DNA of 64,000 nt from Selaginella moellendorffii (Eukaryota > Plantae > Lycopodiophyta). The translations under genes were made by a program, and so were the position numbers. Where the stretch lies: contig NW_003314292.1 in NCBI RefSeq assembly GCF_000143415.4, positions 1,433,498 through 1,497,497 of the forward strand. The letters run 5' to 3'. Positions 11,972 to 23,092 of this stretch are shown here, one piece after another (the stretch's first letter is position 1; the number at the start of each line of letters is the position of its first letter). The notes under the pieces are model-generated. The model worked only from the letters and a program-made list of their open reading frames with translations, made no database searches and had not been told where the DNA came from.

Positions 11972-13555
11972 ATGGCGGCAGGGTTTGAGAAATTCGAGGT
12001 AAGCGGCATGGATGTCACGCTCGAGGAAGAAGAAATTGTCCATCTTAGCGAGGAGCTAGGCTGGCTAGTGATTGGCGAGCAGCCAGAGCTCAAGATCATC
12101 GGCGAGGTCGACAAGATCAAGGCCAAGGGAGAAGAACAAGTAGAGCGAATCTTTACAGCGCTGGTCCATCTCAAAGCTCCCAAAGATGAGAGCTCGGCCG
12201 CCGACAGTGCCCGCGCCCCGGTCGATCTGGTGACAGTGCTGGATGTGAGCGGCAGCATGCGCGGCCAGAAGCTGGAGCTCGTCAAGACCGCCATGGAGTT
12301 TGTGATCCGGAATTTGCGACAGCAGGATCGCCTCGCGATCGTCTCCTTCTCGGACGAGCCCAAAGTCCATCTCGGTCTCAAGAGGATGACCCACGAAGGT
12401 CGAGCCGCGGCGCTCAATGCAGTGGAGAAGCTGCGGAGCCTGGGAGGAACCGAGATCCGTCCGGGTCTAAAGGCTGGATTCGATCTTCTCTCGCGGCGCA
12501 AGAACAGGAACCCGGTGTCGAGCATTTTGCTTCTCTCGGACGGGATGGACAATGCGATCATGTTCAAGAGATGCAAAGTTCTTCCGGTGGATTCCTACCT
12601 CGAGAATGGGAGCGAGCGAGTTCCAGTGCACACTTTTGGATTTGGAAGTGACCATGATCCCGAGGCCATGCTGAGCATCGCCGAGGCCACGGGTGGCAGC
12701 TTTTGCTACGTGCAAGAGGAGTTTGCCGTCCAGCACGCGTTTGCTCAGTTCATTGGCGGGCTGCTTAGCGTGGTGGCACAGGAAGTGGAGGTCTGGATGG
12801 AGGCAAGCGGCAGAGCGCGGATCAAGAGTGTGGAAGCCACCGCCGGGACAACGGCCATGGCTGGCGATCGAGCTGCAACAGTGAAGCTTGGATCCTTGTA
12901 CGCGGAAGAGGAGAGAGATATCCTGGTGGAGCTCTTGCTGCCTGGCTCTGACTCGAGCTCTTCGTCGCTGGAACTTCTCAAAGTTGGAGGGAGCTTTCGA
13001 GACCCGTCCAGCGACAAGACCCAGCAGCTTGCAACTTCGAGCTTGGTGATCCAGGAGCTCAAAGCTGGCGAGGAAGAGGAAGCGACAAAGATCGAGGTGG
13101 ACAGGCAGAAGAACCGTGTGAGTGCCTCGAAGGCCATGGCTGCCGCTCGGAGGCTCGGGTGTCGCAGCTCGGAAGACTTGGCGTCGGCAAAGCAAGCGCT
13201 GCTGGACGTGAAGCAAAAGATTGAGAGCTCCCGAGCGTTTGGAGCTGGCGATGTCTTGTCCAAGGGATTGGTGAGCGAACTCGAGGAGCTGATCCAGTGC
13301 ATGATGGGGGATTATTACCGTTCCGGGGGACATGCTGTGCTGCTTGCGGCCGAGAATTCTCACGTCAACCAGCGATCTACGTACCAGTCGAGAGGTAAGA
13401 CATTTTGGACAGCTCTTTTGTGTTCTAACTCTTGTGAATTTTCTCTGTTTAAATCAGCTCCTTCTGCGAAAAGAGAATGTTCGCTGACATCCTATCGAAC
13501 TTCGGCGATGGTAGATATGCTGGACAAATCCAAAAAGTTCAAGAGTGAGAGATAG
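11972..13555 (+). CDS. von Willebrand factor A (VWA) domain protein with a Vwaint-like C-terminus
   Basis: 527-aa ORF with RAPVDLVTVLDVSGSM (MIDAS DxSxS), ILLLSDG, VHTFGFG and LYAEEERD, typical of plant WAV3-like VWA proteins. A short in-frame intron near 13395-13456 is possible. Confidence 0.9.
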   Translation: MAAGFEKFEVSGMDVTLEEEEIVHLSEELGWLVIGEQPELKIIGEVDKIKAKGEEQVERIFTALVHLKAPKDESSAADSARAPVDLVTVLDVSGSMRGQKLELVKTAMEFVIRNLRQQDRLAIVSFSDEPKVHLGLKRMTHEGRAAALNAVEKLRSLGGTEIRPGLKAGFDLLSRRKNRNPVSSILLLSDGMDNAIMFKRCKVLPVDSYLENGSERVPVHTFGFGSDHDPEAMLSIAEATGGSFCYVQEEFAVQHAFAQFIGGLLSVVAQEVEVWMEASGRARIKSVEATAGTTAMAGDRAATVKLGSLYAEEERDILVELLLPGSDSSSSSLELLKVGGSFRDPSSDKTQQLATSSLVIQELKAGEEEEATKIEVDRQKNRVSASKAMAAARRLGCRSSEDLASAKQALLDVKQKIESSRAFGAGDVLSKGLVSELEELIQCMMGDYYRSGGHAVLLAAENSHVNQRSTYQSRGKTFWTALLCSNSCEFSLFKSAPSAKRECSLTSYRTSAMVDMLDKSKKFKSER

Positions 13556-13799
13556 ATTTAGATTTCAACTTGACAAAGCTAGAGCTTGATCCTAACGGTT
13601 TTGATGTTTACTCCCAATGTAAATAACCACGCTGTGTGTGAATAGCTCTCGGATATTCGCTGGAAACAGAGAACTTACAACTGCGAAGCGAAAAGAAAAG
13701 GAAACACCATCTACAATCAAAGAAAGTTTCTTCGATCTTCGATCTCTTCCAACTTCCAAGCAAAGAATTTGCATGCGCTTTCTCGAAAAGTTTTGCTAC

Positions 13800-13999
13800 A
13801 AGTATTAGAGCGACCAATCTCGGAAAGAGGTGGCGTTCCGTCCTGGGACGCCATGCTCACGGCCTACACGCTCAATGCATTCGCGAAACAAGCAAAGGAT
13901 CTCTTTGATTCCAAGGAGTGTGGTGGCTGCTACAAGAGTTTCTTCGAATCCATGCCTTGCTGGGACGACTCAAAGTTCTCGGTGCATGGAACTTCATAA
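13800..13999 (+). pseudogene. PPR motif remnant
   Basis: VPSWDAMLTAY..AKDLFD and FFESMP resemble single PPR motifs; no long ORF. Confidence 0.45.
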
Positions 14000-14499
14000 G
14001 AACTCGAAGAGGTCGAGGAATTACCCCTCATCCTCTTCGGAGCTAAGCTTTGAATCCTCCTCGCTCAATCCCACCTTGGTCCTTGCGGAGCTTCGATTCT
14101 GGCCTACATTTCAATCCAAATCACTTTAAAGCTCCACCGGGAGAGGTCGATCAAGGCAAGAGTGTTGAGTCCCTTTTAAAGCATTGGCGCTCTTTGTGAA
14201 ATCCCAATCTTTAGTATTAGTCAATGTAGTCCAAGATAGTCAAACATAGTCTTCCTTCCAAATAAAAATAAACTGTCTCTTTTATCTCGTTGAAAATATT
14301 TCGCGGCATTTGGGTTTAGTTTTAGGGTTCTTGCGAGAGGAGCGCGTCGATCCAGCTCGCTCGGCCCCCGACACGACGCATTGACGCGTAGAAAACAGCC
14401 CCATTTGATGCGCAGGTAAGCGCTCTCGTCTCTCCTCGCTTAGGGCAACAGGGGCGGGATAGATCTAAGCTCTCTCACACTCTCTCTCGCAACGAAAGA

Positions 14500-16586
14500 A
14501 TGGTGCTCGTGCTGCGCAACAGATCTGATCCCTCGCTGTGTGTGGTAGCTCTAGCGCAGCTGCATTCTCTGGTTTCGGGAGCCTGATTCGTGGACGTGGA
14601 TTTGTGTTTGCCAGGGGATCTAGCCACTCGCAAGACGATGATGAGCGTTCTCTCACGGGTGGAGCGTCGGCATTAGGAAGAAGGGGGCAGAGGCAATGGA
14701 AGCAAGTGACTGCCAGTATGAAGGGATTTGCTGGTCGATTGTCCATCTCTGGCCTGGTGCTGCTTCTGTGCATGGTGTCGCTGGTCTCGCAGTTGCGGCA
14801 AGACGGTGTCATCGTTCACTCTCATGTAAGCATTCCTCGCGATTTTCCTTGCTCGTTTTTAAAGCGTTTATCTCTTCTTTTTCTTTTGGTTTTTGGCAGA
14901 TTGATGTGAATTCTCTTTGGACGAGCTCTTCTTCTTCTGGTTGGAGGCCTTCCTCGGCTCCCAGATCTTTTTGGCCGCGTAAGTAGAGTTTTTTTCTCAT
15001 ATCATTCTTTTCTTCTTGTATGTAACTTAGTGGACTATCTTGCTTGCAGCCCCTCCCAAGAAAAGCAATGGCTATCTCGTCGTTCGGTGCAATGGCGGGC
15101 TTAACCAGCAGCGCAGTGCGGTAAGAGACATTCTATTCTCCTTGCTTTTTATTTCCAGCTTCATCGATGTGTCATTGCAGATTTGTAATGCAGTTTTGGC
15201 AGCGAGGATAATGAATGCAACGCTTGTGTTGCCGGAGTTGGATACTAACTCGTTTTGGAACGATAAAAGGTCCGTATATCTTTTGCTTTCTCGTCCTTGG
15301 TTATGATAAAGAGCAAACAGTTGTTTTTGATGTTGCAGTGGTTTTGCTGGTATTTATGATGTAGAACACTTTATCAAATCCCTTAGACACGACGTCAAGA
15401 TTGTGGAGTCCCTTCCTTACGTCTCCGACAAGAAGAAGAAAAAGATGAAGGCTTTCCAGGTTGGTTACTCGTTCTTTCAAACCAACGTAACTCTTGTCTG
15501 CTGTAGATCGCACCACCGCGAGATGGTCCTCCAAGTTGGTACGAGACCGAAGCGCTGGCTAAGATGAAACAGCACGGCGCGATATATCTCACTCCCTTTT
15601 CCCATCGCCTAGCCGAAGAGATTCCAAACGCCGAGTACCAGCGGTTGAGGTGCCGAGTAAACTTCCACGCACTGCGTTTCAAGCCGGACGTGATGCAGCT
15701 GAGCAACCAGATCGTGAGCAGGCTCCGCGCTGAAGGCCACTTCATGTCGATCCATCTCCGTTTCGAGATGGACATGCTTGCATTCGCTGGGTACGTCCTT
15801 CCTTCTTTCGTAGTCTTTCTCCACCGACAAGCTTCTCTCAGGTGCCTCGCCATATTCAAACCGGAAGAGCAGGAGATACTACGAAAGTACCGCGAGCAAA
15901 ACTTCGCCAAGAAGCGCCTCGTCTACAACGAGAGGCGCTTGATCGGGAAGTGTCCCTTGACACCGGAAGAAGTCGGGCTCATCCTCCAGGCAATGGGCTT
16001 CGACAACTCGACCCGCCTCTACCTCGCAGCGGGCGACATCTTTGGAGGCGAGAGATTCATGCAGCCACTGCGAGAGATGTATCCTCACCTGGAGAATCGC
16101 ACCACCGTGGCCGCTCCGGAGGAGCTGGAAGCTGTCCAGGCCGAGGGGAGAGGACTCCTGGGACCGGCGGTGGACTACATGGTGTGCTTGCTCTCGGACA
16201 TCTTCATGCCAACTTACGACGGTCCCAGCAACTTTGCCAACAATCTCCTCGGCCACAGGCTCTACTACGGCTTCCGGACGTCCATCCAGCCCAACAGGAA
16301 GGCTCTGGCACCGATCTTCATGGCTCGCGAGAGTGGTGGCGGCGCCGCCGCCGCAAACTTCGAGGCCATGGTGAGAGGCGTGATGAGCGGTGGAACGTTT
16401 GGGAGGTCTCACCGCCGTGTGAATCCCGAGTCGTTCTACACGAATCCCTGGCCGGAGTGCTTCTGTAGGAAGGAGAGCGATGATCCGCGCGAGAGGTGCC
16501 CGGCGAACACCAGGATGAATGCCACGGCTTTGGAGGAGGAGGGCGGCGACGGGATCAAACGCGTCCTTTCGGACGATGTGGAATGA
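14500..16586 (+). CDS. O-fucosyltransferase family protein (GT106/DUF246), multi-exon
   Basis: N-terminal TM segment, [69 protein letters not shown] and [11 protein letters not shown]. The start codon is inferred. Confidence 0.92.
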
Positions 16587-16642
16587 AATAATGCATAGTC
16601 TCTCATTGTTTTGGATTGATACTGAGTTTATGATGAGAGTAC

Positions 16643-18799
16643 ATGGAGATCATAGAGAGTATCAGGGAATGCAAGACGTTGGTAGAGGCGAATGATTTGC
16701 ACGATCGCGTTACTTCGTCTCAGGCACCACTCGATACGTTTGTTGGTAACAAGCTGATTGAAATGCATGGCAGGGTCGGGAGCTTGAGTCAAGCCCGAGA
16801 GATCTTCGACAGGTTGGGGAGACAAAGAAACTCGTATTCTTGGGTTATAATGATGAATGCCTACTCTAGAAACGGCGAACTGGCCCTTGCGAAGCAAACT
16901 TTTGACGCTATGGCTCAGCCCAATCTGGTCGCATGGAATGCTCTTCTTTCAGCATATGCCCGTGCAGGGCATCTTCTAAGCACCCAAACTTTATTTGATC
17001 AAATGCCACAGCACGACCTCATCTCTTTTTCCACAGTGTTTTTCCTAATAGCTCACAATAGCTGCGTGGAAAGAATCCAGATATTTTTTGACAAGATACC
17101 CCAAAAGGACATTGTGTTGTGGACAACTCTTCTTATAGCATATGCCAGGAAAGGGGATTTGCGGAGCTCAAAGCGTGTGTTTGATGAAATGCCACTTCGC
17201 GACCTCATCTCATGGACTGCCTTGCTGACGGCTTACGTGGAGGCCTGGAATCTCGTTGACGCTTTTACTGTGTTTGACCAGATGCCCGAGTGGAATCTAG
17301 TGACGTGGAACTCCTTGTTGACCGCGTATGCCCAGGCGGGAAACGTTGAAAAGGCCAAGTCCACTTTTGACCAGATTGACTCTCCCAGCATCGTGACGTG
17401 GAACACCATGTTGACCGTATTTGGTCAATCCGGCAATTTGGAGGAATGCAAGAGTTTGTTTTGGCAAATGCCGGTAAGGGACTTGACAACATGGAACATA
17501 ATTGTGTCCGCGTATGCCCAGAGTGGGCATCAGCGGGATGCTTGTGGAATGTTTGACCGGATGCCACAGAGGAATGTTGTCTCCTGGAATTCGTTGCTTT
17601 CAATGTATGGTCAACGTGGTCAGCTCAACAAAGCAAAGCAAGTGTTTGGCTCTATGCCCGAGCTGGACATTGTCTCTTGGAACTCTATGCTCTCGGCGTA
17701 CATCCAAAACGAGTGCTTAACAGAGGCAAGACAATTGTTTGACAAAGAGATGCCTTTTCATAACATGGTTTCCATGTCTTTGGTCTTGGCAGCGGTGGCA
17801 CAGGCAGGAAATCTGAGCCTTGCGAGAGATACTTTCAGTAAAATGCCAAGGCTGAATACGGCATCATGCACCACAATGCTGCTTCATGAGATTCCGGTTG
17901 AAGCTGCCACTATCTTTAAGCAAATGCCATTCCACGATCTACCAGCTCTTAATGCAATGCTGGCTGGATTTTCTCACAATGGGGAGCTGGAGGAAGCCAA
18001 ACAAGTGTTCAATGAAGTGATGCCACAGCACGACATGGTTTCCTTTAACACAATGCTGGCCGCTTTCTCACGGGCAGGGAATCTAGAAGATGCCCGGTGC
18101 CTGTTCCTCAAGATGCCGGCACAAGACATTTATACTTGGAACTCAATGCTCGCGGCCTACATCCATATGGGCTACATCAAAGACGCAAAATCATTCTTCT
18201 ACAGTATGACCCAAAGGGATGAAGTATCTTGGACGTCTCTTCTTTGTGCATATGCCCAAGAAGGGCATTTGCTAAAAGCAAGACAATTGTTTGATCGAAT
18301 CCCACATCTCCAAAGCCTTGTAATCTGGAACATCATGCTCCATGCCTACTTCCAGGTGGGGGAGTTTGTGCTCGTCTGTGATCTCAACCTCATGCTCATG
18401 CTCACAATCGAGATCCCAGATGGTTTCTACTTCACCATGGCCATGATCTCTTGCAGCCACCAAGGAAAGCTCGGCAAAGGAATGCAGTGCTTCACTTCCA
18501 TGGCCACAGACTTTAGCATAGAGCCCTCGAAGCAGCACTACACTTGCATGGTGGACTTGCTAGCAAGGGCCGGGCATCTGACAGATGCCCAGGAGGTGAT
18601 CAATGAGATGCCGTTTGCGGCTGATGGTTTGGACTGGATGTGCCTCCTTGGGGCGTGTAGAAATCATGACAGCCTAAAGCACAGCCTCAACACAGCCAAG
18701 CTTATGGTAAAATCTCATCCTGGCTATGGAGGTGCTTACGTTTTGGCTATGAACTTGATTCGTCACCCTCTAAATGCGAAGTTTATTTCTTTGGTTTAG
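16643..18799 (+). CDS. PLS-class pentatricopeptide repeat protein with a truncated E domain
   Basis: Intronless 718-aa ORF of about 31-aa repeats (D.VSWN.ML.AY..G), followed by HYTCMVDLLARAG, WMCLLGACR and GAYVL. No DYW domain. Confidence 0.95.
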   Translation: MEIIESIRECKTLVEANDLHDRVTSSQAPLDTFVGNKLIEMHGRVGSLSQAREIFDRLGRQRNSYSWVIMMNAYSRNGELALAKQTFDAMAQPNLVAWNALLSAYARAGHLLSTQTLFDQMPQHDLISFSTVFFLIAHNSCVERIQIFFDKIPQKDIVLWTTLLIAYARKGDLRSSKRVFDEMPLRDLISWTALLTAYVEAWNLVDAFTVFDQMPEWNLVTWNSLLTAYAQAGNVEKAKSTFDQIDSPSIVTWNTMLTVFGQSGNLEECKSLFWQMPVRDLTTWNIIVSAYAQSGHQRDACGMFDRMPQRNVVSWNSLLSMYGQRGQLNKAKQVFGSMPELDIVSWNSMLSAYIQNECLTEARQLFDKEMPFHNMVSMSLVLAAVAQAGNLSLARDTFSKMPRLNTASCTTMLLHEIPVEAATIFKQMPFHDLPALNAMLAGFSHNGELEEAKQVFNEVMPQHDMVSFNTMLAAFSRAGNLEDARCLFLKMPAQDIYTWNSMLAAYIHMGYIKDAKSFFYSMTQRDEVSWTSLLCAYAQEGHLLKARQLFDRIPHLQSLVIWNIMLHAYFQVGEFVLVCDLNLMLMLTIEIPDGFYFTMAMISCSHQGKLGKGMQCFTSMATDFSIEPSKQHYTCMVDLLARAGHLTDAQEVINEMPFAADGLDWMCLLGACRNHDSLKHSLNTAKLMVKSHPGYGGAYVLAMNLIRHPLNAKFISLV

Positions 18800-19126
18800 T
18801 TCTAATCAACTCTATCTCTATAAGCTCGCTGCTAAATATTCTTCGGGGATTGAAGAATCCGTGGAGTTCTTCTCTTCTTGACTAGATCTTAGAGCCCTGG
18901 ATAAGTTGGATCGACCAGCTTAACTTGTATGAACTTACACTTCTTTTTCTTCTACAAACAAAAAAGCAAGCGACAAAAGTTTCGCTTTGAAACTCTCGAT
19001 TGTTTTCTCTTGTCTGCGATGGATCTTGTCTTGACGATCGATGATCAGGCAGGTTCAATACTTATACTCTGACAATTCTAGCTATTACTTATTATCACAT
19101 CTTTGTTTCTCTGTCAGCAAATCTCC

Positions 19127-21433
19127 TTACTGGGTTTGGACATGGCGGTACTTCGGGAAGAGTGTCTCTATAAGCTCGTTGGTAAAGATTCCCCGGGGAT
19201 CGATCTCAATCTGAGCTTTGACGAAAGAATCCACGGGGAATCTCTTCTTGAGCCGCTCCCGAGACCACTCGGCTTCCTCCTTGTCTCGAATCTGCAAGTA
19301 AAGAAGAGTGATCGATCTATTGCAATCTTTGAAAACTAATGTCACGCACCTCGACTTTTGCCCAGTGCTCGTACGCTCCATACGGATCCCAGAGATTCTT
19401 TTGGACAGCACCACGGTAGTCAAAGAAGCTCTCGGTGATCGCCTGCCTCTGCGCAGGATCTTCAGTCGGCAAGTACATGATGATCCCAACCTGCATGGCA
19501 CAACAAACAAGTTTGAGAGAGAAAGGAAAAATCAGATTTGCTTACCCAGGAGAACAAGCGATCTGGAGAAGGATCTGACGCTGGCGACATGGAGCTTCTG
19601 CTACTCGAAGTCCACCGCTGCTCGATAGGCCCTGGCGCTGGAATGTTTCTTTTTCTGATCAGCTCCAGCAGCTCCTCCATAAACTTGATGTCGCTCATGT
19701 CGGGCTCGTCCACTGTTCCCGCGGGAAAGCAAACCTCCGACACCCACTGCTGGCCACCACAGTCGAAGCTCAGGATCTCGTGGCTCCAGCCCACGCGATA
19801 ACCTGTATTTCGTCTCCAGTAGGTTGCTTCGGCCTTGTTGACGCGCTTGACATGCTCGGGATCAAGAGGTGCAAATGCCAGCACTCTGTCGCGCATTGCC
19901 GGGAAAGTCATAGCCTCTTGGTATACCGTCCCGGTAGATCCTTTGCTTCCAGCAGCAGTGCCACTCCATATTCCAGCCATAGCATTAACTTTTGGGGGCA
20001 TCTCACTTTTCGTTTCCGGCTGACTGAAGAAAACGGCTCAGTCATACAAAATCCATTTGAAATATTGGTACTACATACCCGCGCTTTCGAACCATATCGT
20101 TATAGACGTCCATCATCGACTTTATTTTGCCAGCGTCATCTTTCTCCTTCTCGGTAGGAGGTTCTTGGCCTTCAAGCAGAGGATTACTCTGGATTACGAC
20201 GACCACGTCCGTGTAAGGAATCCACATATATCTGAGGTGCCTGTTTTGCTGAAGCCACTTCCTATAAAAAGACATTTAATCAAATTAGCAAGTCAGGAGT
20301 AAACCAAAAAAGCAAGCTTACTTGTGATTCTTTCGTACTTCTTTCATGTTGGAGACGAGAGTTTGCTCCACAAGCTTGTGGGCAGGCACACACTGAAGAG
20401 TAACTTCAGCTACGATTCCCAATGTGCCGAGACCACAGCGAGCGAGATGAAACAGTTCCGGGTCGGACTCTTCGGAAAGCTCGATCGTCCCCCGGGTAGG
20501 AGTAACAACCTTCATCTTTACCACCCGCTCGTCGCCGGGAGGAATGGCTGCTCCAGTTCCATGAGCTCCGACCTGGAAAAATCAAGTGTTATCTTTGCGG
20601 AAATCGAAAAACTCAATAAGAAATTATACCTGGATAAAACCTCCTACTTGCTGTTCCTTGATAGAGGCGTAGTTTTCCAAAGTCAACCCGTGAGGCTTCA
20701 AGGCCTCCACCACTTGATCAATCCTAGCTCCTGCCTGTACCGTTATCTGCTTCTTCGTCGTGTCGACAACCAAGACTTTGTCCATCAGTGCCATGTTCAC
20801 CATCCCTTCGTTGGAGAATCCCAATCCATTCGGCGAAAGGCCGGATCCAGTAGGCCTGATGGTCCTCGTCGTGACATGCCCGAGCTTCACAATCCTCTCC
20901 AAGTCGTAGAGGGTCTCTGGGTGATGGTAGTACCTCGGATGAGCTTCGTGAGTGTTACTCCAATTAGTCACGGTCTCCTCTTCTTTGGTGGTGATGCTCT
21001 CGTCCTCTTGAGTCCTAGACCACGGAGTACCATAGTACGTCCCAACAGCGCACGTTAGCAGCAGCAACCCATATAAGCTGTAGCGTATGGGATTGGGAAG
21101 AGAGCCAACCGGAGGAAGACTTGCCACAGACCTCCTCCACGAATTCCCAAACAAAGGAGGAAGGTTGCTGCTGTGAGCGGTGCCCAGTCTCACGGCGGAA
21201 ATCAATCTTTTGCTCGAATCGGGCTTTGCAGTAGCGCAAGAACTAATTCCTCGCGGAAACCCAAGCGTTCCTGGATTGCTGGAAGGGAGAAACCTGTAAA
21301 GCTGGCCCCCGAGAACATCTTGAGCAGCGCAGCTAGTGGACTCAGTGCGTAGAATCCCAGCGCCAGTGCCGGATGAAGCCAGGCGAGCCCTGTAACCCGC
21401 AAAAACATGCTTAAAAAGCTCCGATCTCCTCAT
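19127..21433 (-). CDS. GLDH: L-galactono-1,4-lactone dehydrogenase (mitochondrial)
   Basis: NWSNTHE, RPTGSGLSPNG, NYASIKEQQVGGFIQV, LARCGLGTLG, FDCGGQQWVSE, PGPIEQRWT and HWAKVE, across several exons. ATG at 21433 follows a 5' UTR intron (about 21436-21487). Confidence 0.95.
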
Positions 21434-21652
21434 CCTGGAAAGCACCCAGAATTAAATCGCAAGAAGAAGAGGAGAGAAAAGTTTTACCTCCGCGAGAACG
21501 ATCAGAGGAAAAGCTAGCAGTTGATAGAATCACCCTCAGCAGACGCGCGCATCCTCAGCAGTACCTACATTCCAGGAATCCCTTCGCCATAGCCAAAACC
21601 TCAAGAATCTATTAGGGCTTTAAAACTTCGCTATATGTGCATGCGCGAGAAA

Positions 21653-21683
21653 CCACGTGGCAGAGAAAACAAGATGACGTGGC
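21653..21683. promoter_or_regulatory. Paired G-box/ABRE-like elements upstream of GLDH
   Basis: CCACGTGGC at about 21653 and TGACGTGGC at about 21675, roughly 220-250 bp upstream of the ATG. Confidence 0.5.
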
Positions 21684-21725
21684 AAACACTGGAAAATTAA
21701 TCCCTGGGAAAGCAAAAGAGAGCCG

Positions 21726-21960
21726 ATGAGCTTCGTTTAATTGCACAGAACTTACCTCTACCTAGCTGGATCAATTCGATTCCCGGCCTGAGAAGAACCA
21801 TGAAAAAAGATCGATGAGCTTCGCGAAGAACTTACCTCCAGATGGATCCACTTCGATTCCCCATACAAAGCATTCGATGAGCTTCGTTTAATTGCGAAGA
21901 ACTTACCTAATGGATCCATTCGATTTTCGGCCTGTGAGAAGAAGGATGCAGAAACAATCG
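21726..21960. repeat. Three degenerate tandem units of about 64-87 bp
   Basis: gatgagcttcg...gaacttacct...ggatc..ttcgatt occurs three times. Confidence 0.8.
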
Positions 21961-22006
21961 ATTAGTTTTTCTTCCTGGCAAAGGAAGTAAGAACGTACCC
22001 CGGGGA

Positions 22007-23046
22007 TCACTGGGAGTCACTGGAGATCAGACGGACGGAGAAGATCAGTGCATTGCGGTCATTGAGTCGACGCAGGCAAAGTTTCATCACGCCTTTGTCC
22101 GTTAAGTTCTTGCCGTTTGGCAGATCTTTCTTCAACGCCTTCATCAGAGCCGGACGAAGGTCCTCCAGCTGCTGTGACCCGTGAAACATGAGGTGAAGAT
22201 AGCAGTAGGCAGAGTACAGTCCCTCTGGTCCTTCAAAAAAGCTGCAAAATGAAGAGCTTGAATCGAACAATCGATCAAATTGCAAAGTCCTTACTCGGTG
22301 TGGTAGTACAAATCGTTGCTGTCCGGCATGCCACCGATCATTCCGTGTATCACCTTATCGAGTTTCCCGTAGAGCTCTGGATTCTCTTGCCGGACAAACT
22401 CACTCAGCCGTTTCCAGCTTAGACGGCAATAGCTGATCGATCAAGCAAATGAAAAGTATATAGGGAAAAAGAAAGAAGGATCAAAATTGTATAGTCTGCC
22501 TATTACGAATCGCGGTCTTACCAGGCATCGAACCTTGCGTCCTCCTCGTCATCAAGGCTGCAGTGGAGAGGTTTTCATCCCAATGAAATCGTTTGAAACA
22601 GTACCAGTCGGGGTAATCGGGGTTCTCGATGGTTTCCGCTTCCTCTCGCGTTCTTGCCTTCATGATCTCCTCCGGCGATGCCTTGGGTACATTCTTCCTG
22701 ACGATCGCAACGTTAGCCATGGCGCCAGAAAGAAAGAATGGAGATCATACCTGTGTCGTGCCGGATGCGCGGACTTGCTGCCAAAACACCCCCAAATTTC
22801 AGTCGTGAAAGAGGAGATTCACAAGAGAGCATACGGGATCTTGTCGCGGACCATCCGGATGATCTGTCGCTTGATAATCCGGGCCTCCTTGCGAGAATCC
22901 GCGAGCTCCAGCTGAAAGAACTTGAACAGCAGTTTACCTCGATCTTCCGAGGAGCACAGCGCCAGGAATCGATCGACGAGAGCTTCCCCCGGCGTGCGCT
23001 CTCTCTTGCGCTGCCGCGGCGCCATTCTCACAACCTTGCCAGGCAT
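22007..23046 (-). CDS. Hypothetical protein (about 4 exons)
   Basis: Open exon-like segments (MAPRQRKRERTPGE.., ANVAIVRKNVP.., EGLYSAYCYLHLMF..) separated by short GT-AG introns. No family recognised. Confidence 0.5.
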
Positions 23047-23092
23047 TGCAACTCGACCCTAGCTTCAAAAAATGGGCGGGAATTTATGTAAG

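Noticed and set aside
11935-13363. Long antisense ORFs over the VWA gene (likewise over the O-fucosyltransferase, GLDH and PPR genes)
   Set aside because: Shadow frames of GC-rich coding sequence.
21726-21960. CRISPR-like repeat array
   Set aside because: Eukaryotic context, degenerate repeats with related spacers, and no cas genes.
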